Of a stretch of DNA of 64,000 nucleotides, positions 24,301 to 38,586 are shown piece by piece. A model generated the notes under the pieces. The model worked only from the letters and a program-made list of their open reading frames with translations, was not told the origin of the DNA and ran no database searches. The stretch is from Lepidodermella squamata (lineage: Eukaryota > Animalia > Gastrotricha), in assembly GCA_047495785.1 (NCBI GenBank), contig JBLDXI010000001.1, positions 1,984,001 to 2,048,000 of the forward strand, written 5' to 3'. The first letter of the stretch is position 1. Every line of letters begins with the position of its first letter. A program made the translations under genes and the position numbers.

Positions 24301-27300
24301 CCAAATGATGCCCGTTTAATGTTGCAAACAAAACCAGCTGAGGTTGCGACAACGGACATTTACGTCGGCGATTCGTCTTCGCTATCTCGAGGTCCATCTG
24401 CCTGTAAATTTACCGTCGAATTTCTGTCGAATTCCAGTTCAACTAATTGATTCTTTTTATTTTAGATGAAAAACTTGTTACTCCAGTATTATCTGCGCAT
24501 GAGCCTCCTTCATCTTCCTCTGCTGCTGCTGCTGTCCAGCGTAATAAAATGATCGATGATTTAGCCTCTGACCTTGCTGCTGCTAACCCTGTTGCTGCTG
24601 TTTCTGCTCCGTATAATTTACCCGTAGGTTCGCAATCCGCTCGAGCCTCGCTAGCGCCGCCTCGAACATTCGAGCCCTCGTCGCTCAGCGCGGCTAATAT
24701 TTACAGCACCGCCGCTTCCTCGACGGCACGCCATGAAACCGTCGTGCCGGAAGATCTTTCGAAAGCGACGTTTTTCGACGTGGCCGTTCTTCAGTGCCTG
24801 CTCGGAACTGAACCGTGGTGTGAAGAAGGCGCGCATTGGAGCGTCAAGTATTTACATCTTCGAGTTCTCGACATTCAAACCGAAGTTCAGCGGGCTATGG
24901 CATCGGCGGCGGCTGCGGCTCGTTTGAGCCGGAGCTGCTCGTTCGGCTGGCGGAGGCGGCCTGCTGCGAACAGCTCGCCGTACAACAGCAACATTCGGCC
25001 GTTGATGTCGCGGCAGGACAGCTTCGAAAAGCTGCGCATGATTTTCGGCTCGTCGAGCGCGATTCGCAGCCCGCACCCGTTTCGGAAAAGCAGCGATTTA
25101 GACCCGAAGAAATCTCCATCGCAAACATCGAGAAAAGGCGTGGAAAAGGGCGATAATATTGCGAGCCCAGATCTTAGCACAATAGCTAGCAGCTATCTCC
25201 GGTCAGACTCAGAAACCCGGCCAACTGGATTGCTGAAAAGTTTCACAGATAGCGCGTTAAGGTCAGGCTATGGTACCGAGCACATTGAAGCGGATGGTTG
25301 TCAGCATTACATTTTACCTGATGGGAGTGTGGATTTGGAGGTGGTGCTACTTGCTACTGCTCTGGCCTGCCGGCGGCATGCTTCGCTTCGGGTTTGTCAG
25401 TCGTCGATACAGGTGATACACTCGCTGGTGTTGTTGGGCGTGTTCGGAAGCGCGGATTCTTATCGGAATAAAAATTCGTTGCTGCAATGTAGCCCGGTGG
25501 TGGCGGCGGCGATTGCCGGTGACGAGCACCGTCGCCTGCTCGCCACCAGCCAGGCGTCGACGCCTCGCCCTCGAACCGCCTCAAAATCCGGCAAAACCTC
25601 GACAACGAATCGCTCGGCGGATTTCTGTGATCGAGATCCGCCCATCGTTACCAACCACAACATCGCCGTAGGCACGCTGCTGAAAATCTACGAAATCCTG
25701 GGCGCACCTTCCAGCTCCCAAAACGCTAATCGGGTGACTTACTCCGTGAATCGCCTGGCGAGTGAAACCCAGGCCGGCATCGACTACCGGGAACAACTGA
25801 TGGCCTACGTGGCAGAGACTACTCGAGAGTTGCATCGAGTCGATCGTCACCAGTTTCACGCCTATGTCAACGAATACGTGTCCCAGGCGCCGTTGTCTCG
25901 ACTCATCCGGTTGTACCTAGGGGCGCTGGGCGGTAAGAACGGCATTCGCAACCCGCCCCCACCGCCGGCAACCATCTCTGCCGCCTCGCCGAATCTACGC
26001 GCGAAGGACTCGACCCCAGTCGTACGGCACTCGCTAAGACAGTGGCTGACGTCTGTGAGTAAGCACATCGAATCGCTCGACGTGTCGCAGTCGGGCAGTG
26101 TTTTGCGCGATGTTTCGTTCATACTCAATAACTTGGCTGTGCTTCACCCGCGCCTGTTGAGGCGCGTCTCAGTGTCTTGTATTCTCGACGTGATTCCGTC
26201 CGGTTTTGGCGAGCGCATCGCCAAGACCAATGAGACTGCTGCTAACCCCCTTAAAACTGCTGCTGGTTCGGACAGGAAAGACGACGCGACGAGCAAAACA
26301 GCGGCGAAACCGCCTAGTGGGAACCAGGCGAAGGACTCCACTTTTGAGAAGTTTGAGAAAATCCTCGAGAAGCTACGCCAACGCGACGCGGCTGCTGCAG
26401 CGGCAGCGGCGGCCGGCAACGCCGAACCGTTGCCCGGTACACCTGCGCAATCGCCAGTGCCTCAAAAACAATCATCTTCTTCCATACCTCCTACTACTCC
26501 TAAAGCTGCGGAGCCTCCCGTGATATTGCTTCCACAGGCTCCTGAGGTAATTGATTTATAATCGATTTTTTTAAATCAGCAATTTGGTTAATTTACGATT
26601 AAGGCGTTTTTTCTGAAACTGCTCAATGTAATTTTGAATGCCCCAATTTTATTAAGAATTTATGTCCTTTCTAACTGGTGCATAAATTTTCCGCCTGCAT
26701 CATGCCCCCGTCTTTTTTCTCCAGAAAGAAAATCGATAATCTGTTGATGGTGGGCAGTTTTATTGATTTTCCGCCTTTTCTATTTACAGGCTCATCATGA
26801 AGAACGAGAGCGGCAGAATTCCCTTGGTGGCGCGTCTTCCTTAGCCATTGCCGCCACAGCTGCTTCTGCTCCTCTCGTGCCGACGCCAGCTCTGCCACCT
26901 GCGAGTCCGTTGCCGGTAGCGTCGGCGGAATCTTCCGCAGAACAACCTGCTCCACAGGCGACTCCGACGCGGCGGAAAATCACTTTCAAGGTATGAAAAT
27001 CGGGAAATAGCGGTAAATTATTCGCTTGTTCCAAACGAGACTTCTATTGTAGCTTGATAGTGATTTTACAAACCCTATCTAAAAGCTTCAGCTGTAAAAA
27101 TAAGAGCATATTTGATTATTTTCTCCATTTTAGCAACCTTCTCGGCCTGAACCACAAGAGGTTCTTTAATTTTATTCGAATTACCGTGGTTTACGGATGT
27201 GGGAAGCTTGCACATCCTTGTCATTGTGTGGTTTTATGTCGTAGTTTTAGTCTTTTTTGATCATTTGAAGAGTCAACATGTTGTCTGAATGTCACCATGT

Positions 27301-30300
27301 AACATTATTTTGAAATGGCAACCGGTTTCGCATAAATGGCGTTCATACACGAAAAATCCCGAGCAATCATTTCTATTTTTACGTTCAATGATCGGACAAC
27401 CCCGGCACTCTTTTGCTCCCCCCGAATGACACCTGGTTTATTTCGTTTGCATTACATTTTTCATTTTAGCCAGCCTTTTCTCGATAATTTCAATACTAAT
27501 TTTTCTTGCTAATTTCGTGGGTTTGTACGGTTTTAATTTTTACACAATTGTTTGGAACACACCAGGACGAATCTCAGTCTACACCCGGTGCTTGCTCTTC
27601 TTCCAATTCTTTGTCGAAAATGGAAACGTCGAGACACTCTCCCTCTCAATTAAAGGTGATAATAGAACGTGTCGCAAAATGCAACAGAATCGCCTGAGTT
27701 GTGCCTATGGATCTTTATTTTTTCGTGCACAAAACCTTGCGAAAAAATATCCTTGCGTGCAATAATGAATTGAAACTAGCCTCAATTTTGACCTGTTCCT
27801 CGCACTACGGACATGCACAAATCCTATCCAGTCTCTGTCCAGAATTAATTGCAAATTTTTACGTTGATTTTTGTTGAAAGCTGCCGCGGAAAGCGATGAA
27901 GTTGCATGCCTGAAGAGCCCGGTTTTTTATCCTTTTAGTTCAATCTCTTACTCGGGTCATTTCGGCGCTGCATCTGTTTACAAAATATGTTGAACAAAAA
28001 TCCGATTGCGACTATTATTATTGGCATTTTTGCAAGCAAAATGTTGCCTGTATCGGTGTTTTGCTGTCGTTGTTATCTGATATCTGATCCAACCATTCGC
28101 CGGGTTTTTAAGTACTAATTATTGTTTATTAATTTCAAATCTGGCGTTGTTTGGAGTTACCGTGTTGTTTACGTTGTGAGATTTCGTCACTAATTCTTGC
28201 TTTCCACACATTTTTACAGACTTTTGGAATGGCGACGCTATTGGTGCTCAACTCAAAATTTCGCCTAGCTAACGCCAATAACGCTAATAATGCGAATAGC
28301 GATCAAGCTAGTGATGGTGACAAGAAGAAAGGTCAGGAAATTTTTTCCTTATTAACTCGGTATCGAAATATTCGGTTTTTGTTTCGTAGAAACTGACGGC
28401 GAGGCGAATGAACCTGCTGCAAGCGAAAAGCCTCCGGAACCCGTCGAGGATAAGACACCGAAAGTCGAGCCTTTAATCGACGCGCCAACGCTGTTTTCTG
28501 GCATTCGCCGGCTCAGCTTATTGATCGAACTCGGCATTCCATCCGCGTTGCCTGAGCCCGGTTTAGTCGCCTCCATGTTAGACCTGAAAGCGCCCGTAAT
28601 ACCTAGGGCGTGTTTCCTGCTCGAATGTGCTGTGGCAATACATACAATCAACAAGCAGCCCAGCCGGCTTGTAGCTCACCTACCGGCTACGGGAAACGCG
28701 GCTGAGACGACCAAGCTGCATTTGCAGACTTTTCGCCAAATGGCGAAGGTATGCCACGGATGGGCGGAAGCGGTTGGCGCGAAACTTGCGAAAGTTATGG
28801 CGAAAGAACTAGCGGCTGGTGCGACTTTTTTACAACCGATCGGCCAAGCAGCTCACCAACATCGAGAGGAGTCTGAGAATTACTTTCTTGATTGTGAGTT
28901 TCGTGTAATTTGAGCCTCGAAAAATCATTATTTTGTAATTTTTTAGCTACTGTGAATAACGAGGACGGTGACGGCTGCCCGCATGCTTTGAAGCGTTTGG
29001 CGTGTATGGTCCTGCTGGAAACGACGATCTTCCTTCGTGAAACGTTTCGCGGTTACACCCGCGAGTTGCTCAACAAGAAACATTTGCCCAGCCATGCCTT
29101 GTCGCCTTTGGCGCCTGTTCCCAGCAGCCAGGACAAAAACCTGCCCTCCGCCTCGCCGAGCGTCGGCAGCCGGCAGCAAGTCGGCATCACGGGTTCGCAC
29201 CACACGGAACCTACGTCGGACTCAGTCTACGGCAGCACGTCAAGTTTGGACCAAGCTCAGCAGAAAGAAATCGAAACCGGTGGTAAGAATAATTCACTAT
29301 GTGACCTATTCACGAGGTTATATTCTATCATTAATTTGCAGCTTCTTCTTCGAAATCTCGAGCGCGAGCTGGGTCTACTGTTCGACGTGCCTCGGTGACT
29401 CAAAAACCGCACCAAGACGCCGGAAAACGTTTCTCTATTCAGCATAGTGATAGTAAGTACTGCCATCTCTCGCTTATAGGAATCACAAGCAGCCCTGAAT
29501 ATAGGATTTTATTTAATTTTTGGCTTAAAAGCCCTTTAAAGATCAATTTCTGTCGATTTTGAAATCGCTAAAACAATTTAAATCACCGAATAGAAAAATT
29601 GCTGGCAATTCGCAATAAATTGCACATCGAAAGGTTTCTCAGGCGTCAGAAAGCTCAGAAATCTTATTTCGAATTATGACGAAATGGCACTTTCTAAAGC
29701 AAATAGTTTACATAAAATGATGGAAAATGCGGCGTACAAAATTTAAGTTTGAAGAGTGAATCAAAATCAGTCGAATTAAGTCACCCTAATCCAATCTAAG
29801 ATCTGAAATTTGAGGCTGCAGTGTTGATATATTGGCTAATTTCGCGCATTTTTTCTAGTTCATGGGTCTTCCTCGTCCCCTCGTCACTCACCTCGACAGC
29901 TTTCAGAAGTAGCACTCGAGTCTCCTAGCCAGCAGTCAGCCGAATTCCCTGGCCCGGAAGCAAGCAATTCAGGCGCCACCGGAGCGCAATCATCGACTCC
30001 ACACCACCAAGGCGCGTCGCAGCAACAGCAAGCTCAAGGTACACAGATCGCCTTTCAACACGACGTTGACGACCAGCAGCTGGTTCGCAACTTCCCGTGG
30101 CTGCGCAGTGTCACCCACCTCGCCGGCTACTATTCATTCGTGTGCCACCACTCGACGGCAAAAGGCGGCCAATGCGCCCAGCTCTGCGTCGAACGGCAAC
30201 GGCGCGACTGCTACCGGCTGATCAGCGCCTTGCATACTGTCTACAAACCGCCGAAATTCTTTTCAAGTGCCGCAACTCGCCATTCATCTACCGTTCACAG

Positions 30301-33300
30301 CTACATCGACCACCGGTGTCGCGGGCTGCTACACGCGCCGTTCAGCACCCTCCTTAAAGCTGCATGTGTTATCGACGACGAAACGTGGCAAGACGCTATG
30401 GGTCCAGCCTGGGAGTTGATCACCGATTCTGACGTCGAACACTCAGCCTCGGCGGCTTGTCTCTTTCTGTTGACAACGCTAAAACTCCACGAAGCATCCT
30501 ACGATCTCATCCAACGCCAGTTGGAACATGCGGAGCCGGTCGAGCGGATAAGCGCGATATATCGTTTCCAACTCATGTGGCAATCGCGGTTTCAAGTTTG
30601 GTCGCGCATGGAGGCTGGAGCTCAAACTCGGTTCAAGGTGCCGCCGCCTAACATCGATTTCGTGCTACCATCGCCTATGGTTGGGTTGTCTATCACCCCT
30701 GTGGTCGATGCGCCCTGGCTGCCGAAAACTGCTAGCCAAATGAGCGATGTGACGACGCTGCATGGCCACGAATCGACCAAGGCGCTGGTAACTGCGACGA
30801 CTACGCATCACAGGCAGCAGATTGAGACACTGAATAAAGCGTTGATGGCTGAGGAGAAGCGGATGCGGAGCGCGAGGGACCAGTACCCGCTAACCTCGAT
30901 GTGTTTGACGGTTTTAACAGCGCAGCAGGAACCCGCACTAGCCAAGGCATCTGCTCAACATGCCCAGGATAAGGAGAAACAGCCTGGAAACGAAGAACCT
31001 GCTGAAGGTATATTTTCTGGAATTTTTCAAATATTTAAGGTTGATGTCAATCGGTTTTATTGATTGAATATTAATCTAAGTTATCGTAAATTTTGGGTAT
31101 ATTAGCCCCGTCGGATGCAACCCCGCCTTATGCTCGTAAAAATGTTGGCATGACTGCTAAACAAGGTTTGTTAGGGCGGCAGTGTGATGACCAGCAACTC
31201 AGACGTCTTTCAATAATTGGCCACCCGCCGTCGCATTGCGACTCGATGTCGTCGGCCTATAATAACCGCCGCCGCAACTCGCTCATACCTAGTACCGGTG
31301 CCGGTGCAAGTGGAGGTCGGCGTGTTAGTATGATACTCACATACAACGCCAGTGGCAATTCTGCTCAGGCTGTAGTTGCTCCTACCGAACCGCCGCCAGG
31401 TAGAACAAACTGCCGCCGCCTTGAAGATTTGCCGCGCTGAGATTTTAGAAATTATATCATTTGCTTGCTGAAAAATAAGTTCTTTGAGTTATATACAACT
31501 ACAAATGCTTGCTGGTTAAAACCTACCTGACGTTAAGTTGGTTATTTGGTTCAATTTGTGTTCAAGGCCCAAGCCCTGCGTCGAGTACAAATATTTTGTC
31601 GGTTCCGTCGGACTCCTCTGTTGAACCGTCTGTGACTCCTACGTTTTCCCAGCGCAGTCAGCCTATCATGACTCTGCGTGCTGCGGGTTGGTTATAAACA
31701 ACTATTAAGGTGGCTTGCTGTCAAAAATTGCGCTTATATAATCGAAAAAAATCGCGCGCTGCTTGCATATTATTTTTTACTTTATTTTGAGCGAATTTTA
31801 TTTTATCGGAAAAGCAGTTCGGCGACTTAGTCGGCATTTCTCGCTGCGAACACCTGTAATATCATTCACGCCCCTTTCATCGGAGTCGACAACGGAATCG
31901 CATGCCTTATTATCTTTTGCGCTCAGTTCCGCAAGTGAATGTAATTTGATTATTTTGGTCATTGTATTTATTATTATTATTATTGGTTTTCACCTGATAT
32001 TCATATTAAGGTGGATTTTTTTAATTTCGGTTTGTAGCAATCTGTGTTTGTTTGTGATTTTAAATTTTTTTCTCTTCTCGATTTAACAGGGGAAGCTCAA
32101 CCTGCTTCTGCGGGTGTAACCGTTGCTCCAACCGGACCATCAGCTATCGCTACCGATGCTAACTGGAACGAACAGTTGAACCGCATCGGAAATGAAGTTG
32201 GCGTTACGACTGCGTCGACCGCCGCGCCGCAACTCGTCACAGTCACGCCTCATTCATTTTACACCCCAGCGGCATGCGCAACAATTGCAAAACTGTTCGA
32301 AATGCTGCTCGACTACGATGTCGGCTTTCCGTCGAATTCTCACCACCATGTCACCCCAACGTCGAATTCGAGCGCTCTTCACGCCATGTCGCACCATTAC
32401 GGCGACTCGGCTCGGTTGGGCGGGTTTGGCCTGACACCTGGCCAAGCGGCTGCCGACGTCATTTGGCACTCGCTGTGCGACGACCCGACCTTGACGCTTC
32501 GATTCTTCTTCGAGCGGCTTACCCACACGGATAAGCTGGACAAATTGCTGCTGTATCTGCGGCATCTAGTCACGCATTTCGGCGGATTCTTACCACCCCA
32601 AGCTGCTCATTCCGTTACAAACTACTTTGTCGGTCTTGTCATGTTCTGTGTTCGAACTTCCTCCGATGAGACGAATGAGACAATTGCGAAGGCGATAGCT
32701 CAATTATCGTTGATTGTTCCGTCTCTAGTCGGGTTTTCTTTCAAAGATTTGAAGCAGTCGCTGCGGAAGGAACAGTGCGATCCGACCCTGATGTTATCGG
32801 CCGGTGTTCCGGGTGCGAAGAAACTCGTCATTCACGGGCCGGATCTCAGCTCCATTCCATCTCAGTTCCCTGTCGGCGATGACACGCAATTCAGCAGCTT
32901 GTTGACAGAATCTCTCGATTTTTTCAACATCGAACAAGACAGGCGGCATCTTTACTATCTAGTCGACACCAAAACGAAACACATCTACCTGCCATCGAGT
33001 TACGTTCGAGATTTCTACCCATTTCGGCGTAATGTCTACCCGCAATTGAGCCTCGTTCAAATGAGGCCTGATTTAGCGGGCGATAAAATGCGGCAGCAAA
33101 CGCTGGTTTTGAAATTTGCTGATATAAATCGGACAATTTTCAATGACGCTTGCCTCCACGTTCTGTCATCGACCGCCGCGCCTGGGCAGGTTTTCTTCAT
33201 CCACGATGAATTCATCCGACTGCCGACCTTTCCGCGCAAGGCGCTACAGTTCGACCATGTCGAGCTGGTCAGCGGGTCTGAAACAGCTTGGCTCGCGAAA

Positions 33301-36300
33301 CAGCTGCATAAAATGGATGTTTTACACAAAACCACGTGGATAGACTTTTTATCCGCGTTTTTGTGCCGACTCCAGCCGTCGATTCCGATCGTATTCGACC
33401 TGCCGTTGTACCTATCGGTCATCACCGGATCGATGGTACTTCACACGGATGAAACAACCGCAGTTCTACGGCGAAGTTTAGCGCTTATTGTCAACCTGGC
33501 GCGGCATTATCGCACGTTTTTCGCAACCGAGGGCTACACGTTCGTCTGCCCGACAATTTTCCAAATCTATTCCTGCTACGCTGGCGTTCATTCCGAATCG
33601 GTTCAAACCGGTATTGAATACGCGTGCAAGCAAATGTACATCATCCACCGTAAGCCGTTCCTGCTTCAACTGATGGGCAGCGTTGCTGAACTGTTCATCG
33701 CCTCGCCTTCTGCTCATTACGGTAAACATTTGTGCACGCTGTTGGCTCAAATCGGGGCGACGCCGAATGATGCGTTGAACATTATGGAGCTGGTCAGTGA
33801 GCCGAAACCGTTGAAGACGCTCGATTTCTGCTACGAGGACGAAGACCCAACTTTTCACTTGATCGACTGCATTCGGCTGGCGATTGCTGTCATCGCGTAT
33901 GGCGGTGATTCGCCGAGATCATCGCGGATGTTAGTCATTCTAGACGCTGTTCTACCGCAATGTGTCCAGTCGCTGGTCCAAGTTCACGCGGTTGGATCGC
34001 CAAACACCGGGAATCTGCTGCATAGCCATATAACAGGCGGTGCTAATTCTGGGCATAGTCGAAAAATGCAGAGTGGCCGTGACGAGGCGACTGCGATCAG
34101 TGAACTAGCGACGTGTATGAAAGCTCTCGTTTCCGCGTGTACGTTTTTAACGAAAGGCTACGCGGCTAGTGAGCGTCAACTCGAGTCGACCGGCCTTGCG
34201 TTTTACATGCGGCATGGCAGGAGGGCGGCGAGGGGCCTCCAGGCCGCGGCTGATGCCGATCTCGATTTTGTGGAGCGTGGCGCGGAAGATGCGGGCCAAA
34301 ACATGACGGCTCTGAGGGACTTTCGCCTACCTCGCGACTGTGTGCTATCAATCATGGCCTCGTTTTTCCCACCCTGCGTCGCCCGCCTTAAAGAACTCCA
34401 CAAAACTGGGCTGTCATCAGGCGGTGCTGCGAATGCTGGCGATCAGCAATCATCGCGAGGTACCAGTGGAATTCACGAGCTGTTATCAGCTCGAGATCAC
34501 ATTCGACTAGCCGAAATCGCGCAGACTCTGCTGAAAGTCGCGCCCTACGACCCGCCTAGCATGAACTGCGTAGGCCTCGAACGGTATATGGTCGACGTTT
34601 TACCGGCTACGAATTGGGCCCAAGAATCGACCCGGCCGGCTTTTGCGTTGATTCTCCGCCGGTTAGACCGACTATTCGCGAGGCTGGTCAAAAAGGCGTC
34701 GCTACGGCAATGTTTAGACTGGTCCGCAGCAGCCGCCTTAATAACCGGCGTTTCATCGACGCTACATCAGTCGATGTATCTAGCCCATGTGAAGGAGATC
34801 AAATCACTGATAACATCGTGTCTAAACATCATCCTAGCCGACCCTAGTGAGTTTTCTACCGGCTCTAAGACTGAGGCTCGAACTGGGTCTATCTCGGCGC
34901 CGGATGATGACGAAATCGACGGTGAGAACCGGCCGCCAGCTCCATCGTCCGCTGCTTTCCTCTTCGCTGTCGTGCGACTTCTGGCGACTGAAATGCAAGC
35001 TCAAGGCGAGTTGTACGGCTTATCAAGCGTATGCGAACCGCTGATTGGCCAGTCGCTCAGCGCCGCTCCACCTGAAAAAATTCATTCCCTGATTCTATCA
35101 GTTTTGATGCCGTTACTACTCTCGTCATCTGTCTCCACCAAAACCGCGTTTGTTATGCGCAGAGCTGATATCTCTCACATTTTGTCACTGTTACTGCACC
35201 TGGCCAGCCCGCCGCATCGCCAGGCGTTGACTGCGAATTCCGCGGCCTACGTCGGCATGGGCGGCGGGTCCGGCGGCGGGACTGGTTTCAGCAACTCGGC
35301 AGCCATCGCCGCGGCTCGAATCACGAACCTGAGCCGAAGTGGGACCAATCAATCGAACATGCTATCAGCGGCGCTATCAGCATCGGCGAATGTTAAGGAG
35401 CATCGCGGCGCAACTTCAGCAATGACAGCTTTCCTCATCGAACACGAACGTGCGACTACAGCCGCGGCGGCCGAGGCCAGCATAGCCGGGCAGCATCAGT
35501 GGGCCCGGGAGAACTACCTAGCCACGGTTTTTCTCGGCCTAAAGCTGCTTTGCCTGAGATTTGACGCCGAACTCGCGAGTCAATGGCCGCTTGTGGCGAA
35601 ACATTGCCGCGGCCTGGCGTTGCGACCAATCGCCAGCCCGTCGCTGTGGCGGTTTCTTGGCTTTCTCGCCGCGGCCCGGCCGTCGCTTTTCGCCCTCTTA
35701 GCGCCTTTCATCCGCTGGAAGTTGAGCCGGTTAAAGCTCAGCGACCTCTCCCCAGCTGATAGCCAGCTTCAAAGCGAGGTTATACAGAACGTGCTAGCCC
35801 CGGGCCCGCCATTGCCTCGAGCTCAGTTGTTACTAGCCTGCGCTGAGGAGCTGCGAATTTTGCGGCGGAATGCTGCCATTGTCTCAACGGCGAATGAAGC
35901 CCAGCAGAAAACTGTGCGAGGCGTTGCTGGCCAGTCGTCGACATCGCCGGCCGGCGGCGAGTCCGATGCCATCCCTCTGCAGGTCTTGGCGAGGAGAACG
36001 TCTTCAGCTGTCGCCGCTCCGATAGTTGCGAATCGCGTCATTCACCGCTCATCGACGGCTACCACCTTCCAGAGCGAGCAGACGAGCACGCCTCGCAGCT
36101 CGACTGCAGTGCCGGAAGACCTGCAAGCTGCTCTACGACAACCAGGCATGGGTAAGTACTGATTTCCCGTTTTAATTAGGCTATTTTCAATCAGTTGAAT
36201 TCAAAATTGACGGATCTTTCCTTTCCAAGTTAGTATTTTTTGATGATCACAAAACTGAGTGGAATTTTCTCCTTTTTTCTCTATTTTTGGCGACATGGTT

Positions 36301-38586
36301 TTGATGATAAAAGCGCGATCATGCATGTTTTGAAGTCATCAGTAATGAAGAATATTAGACTCTGAAAAAATAATATATACATTAGAACTATTTCCCAGTT
36401 ATTTATACAATTTTCGTAGTTGTGTATTTGATTTAATTAACTAATTTCTGATTTATAACTAATACATACGAGTAATTTTTGACGTGGACGTGTCATTATG
36501 TCTTGTTCCTGATTTTTCTGTCGATGCGCGTCGCGCTCCATTAGACCGCCTTAGCGCCGGTCATCGCGCTAGCTCTGCCGACCCCACCGCCGCCAGGACG
36601 ACCCCGGCGAGTCGCAGTGGCGACAACTTGTTCGTCCACACGGCGTACCCCCACATGCCGCCGTTCGGCCTGCGCCGCCGCGGCATGGTAATTAAGCGCC
36701 ATGCGCAGCGCCGCGGCGACTCGGCCGACCCGTCCGCGCACTTTCAGGACCTGCTCGCCGAAATCGAGACTCTGCCGTTTGCGGACGCGTCGGACAACGG
36801 CACGCCCATTAACCGGCCGTCTGTCAAAAGTGAGACACCCTGTTCCGCTTCGTCAGCTCATCGAAAAAAAAATATTCGAAAAAAAATGCTTGGCTTTCAT
36901 TGTAGTTCTCACGTATCTCTGTTTTAATCTAAAAAAAAATAACGAAAAATAATACTGATATTTTCTCTCTCTACATCTAGCCAGCCGAACCTCTTTCTTC
37001 TAACAAAGTAGACCTATCTATTACTAATTTTTAACCCATTCATTTTTAAATGTAACTTAATGGTGGTCGGATTCATTTTTTCAAGTGTTGTTGGTGTTGG
37101 GGCTGTTGCGGCATTTCCCCTATTTGATTTTCGCGGAGGCTTTCTATCTCGTCTCTATTCTATACGCATTTCTCTATGATATGTAGTCGATATTTCGCCG
37201 AATTTTCCGACAGTTACTAAAACTATGCCTTTTTTCTCGCTGTTTCGCTCTTTAGGGACGCCAGGCTCGGAGAACACTCAGCCGGCGAGCGGCGCTTCGA
37301 CGAACACGACCGGCCATCAATCAATGTCAGTGTCGAGCGACGAGGGCGGGCGCAAGACCCCGTCAGCGGCGACGACGGCTGGTAAACAACAGCCGCTTAC
37401 GGAGCGGCGCTCGAGCGGCCTCTCGCCTAGTCACTCGTCACATTCATCGGATTCACTCAAAGTCCACTCGCCTCATCGAATCATCACAGGTTGGTTGTAT
37501 AATAATTATTTGGTATTATCCGCAAAATTTGCATGTCATTCCATCTTGAAATCAACTTTCAGGATAAGTAAAAAAATTAAAGGTAGAAAAAAATGTTATT
37601 TTCCATTCGATGAAATATTGTTTATGGAGATTGGCATTAAATTGCGCATAAAAATCATTAAGGCGGTTACGCATAATTAAAAATCTCAGAGGCAAGGTAG
37701 ATTGAAAGGCTCTATTATGGCCTAATTTTTAATCGTGAAAGGTTTTAACGTCATTATTAGTAGAGTTTACAAAAATGTATTTTTGCCAAACCCCAGATTT
37801 GAGGCTCTACCCTAGATTTTCCCAAAATATGGTTTTTCCAAATTTTGCTTATTTCTTAAAATCGAATTTTTCTTACTAATCTTTATTACGAGTATTTTGC
37901 ACTATAAGCCGTCAGTTTTCGAGCCAAGAATAGCCAATATCGATTCCAATTATCGATTTTAAAAATCAGTGATTTTTCCGATATTAGCAGTTTTAGAAGC
38001 CTACATTGAAAAATTTGACCTAGCTGGATAATTAGTATCGATCAAGAAAGAAAAAGCTAAAAAATTTGAAAAATTTAGTGCTGGAACCTCATTTTACTGC
38101 TCAAAATATTTAGGTCCTTTTGAAATTTTCGCGTCCTCAGTCGAAAAATTAGGTTTGTTTACGCTTTTTATGGAAACGTAATATTTTATTGCGTGACGTT
38201 CGTGGATTTGCTAATTTTCATGAATATTTGAAAGAGTTTTTATGACATGTTCTTTATTTTTCCATCATGCAACAGGGTCCGTACCCCGTGTCCTAGAATC
38301 GGCGTGTGAAGGCGAAGAGCTGCAGCTGGAAATGACGGACACAGGCGCTGGTACAGCCGCGAAATCATCGCCGACCCCGAAACCGAAAGGGCAAGTCGAG
38401 AAAAGCTCGGGCGGTGCTGCGAGTCGACGCGACGAGGCCGCGCAGCCGCTGCTGGAAAGCGACGAGCCGGACGTAAAGTCGATATCGAGCGGTTCTGAGC
38501 CGATGACGTCATCGCGCGGCACCACCGAAAATCGAAGCATCGTCGTGATCGTAGAAGACTCAAGTGCGAATGAGGAATTTCTATGA
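21329..38586 (+). CDS. unc-80: UNC80, NALCN channel complex subunit (~3,400-3,600 aa, ~19-20 coding exons)
   Basis: Exon 1 21329-21456 (..IPLTVESFLWQQT), 49-nt exon 2 21860-21908 (SFMRARLSKVCDAACA), exon 3 23657-23924 (SLERILVQ..PHILHSCASLL..ILHWILLDALSEC) match the UNC80 N-terminal domain. Further hallmark motifs: ATFFDVAVLQCL, PEPGLVASMLDLKAPVIPRACFLLEC, FKVPPPNIDFVLPSP, DLKQSLRKEQC, RKPFLLQLMGS, LLKVAPYDP, LILRRLDRLF. Final phase-1 exons 36545-36829, ~37255-37488 and ~38275-38586 end ..NEEFL*. Confidence 0.96.
22838..22878. repeat. (ATA)n microsatellite in unc-80 intron 2
   Basis: About 13 near-perfect AAT/ATA units. Similar tracts occur at ~40638-40665 (ATT)n and ~42612-42632, plus a (CT)n tract at ~39879-39896. 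Confidence 0.9.
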
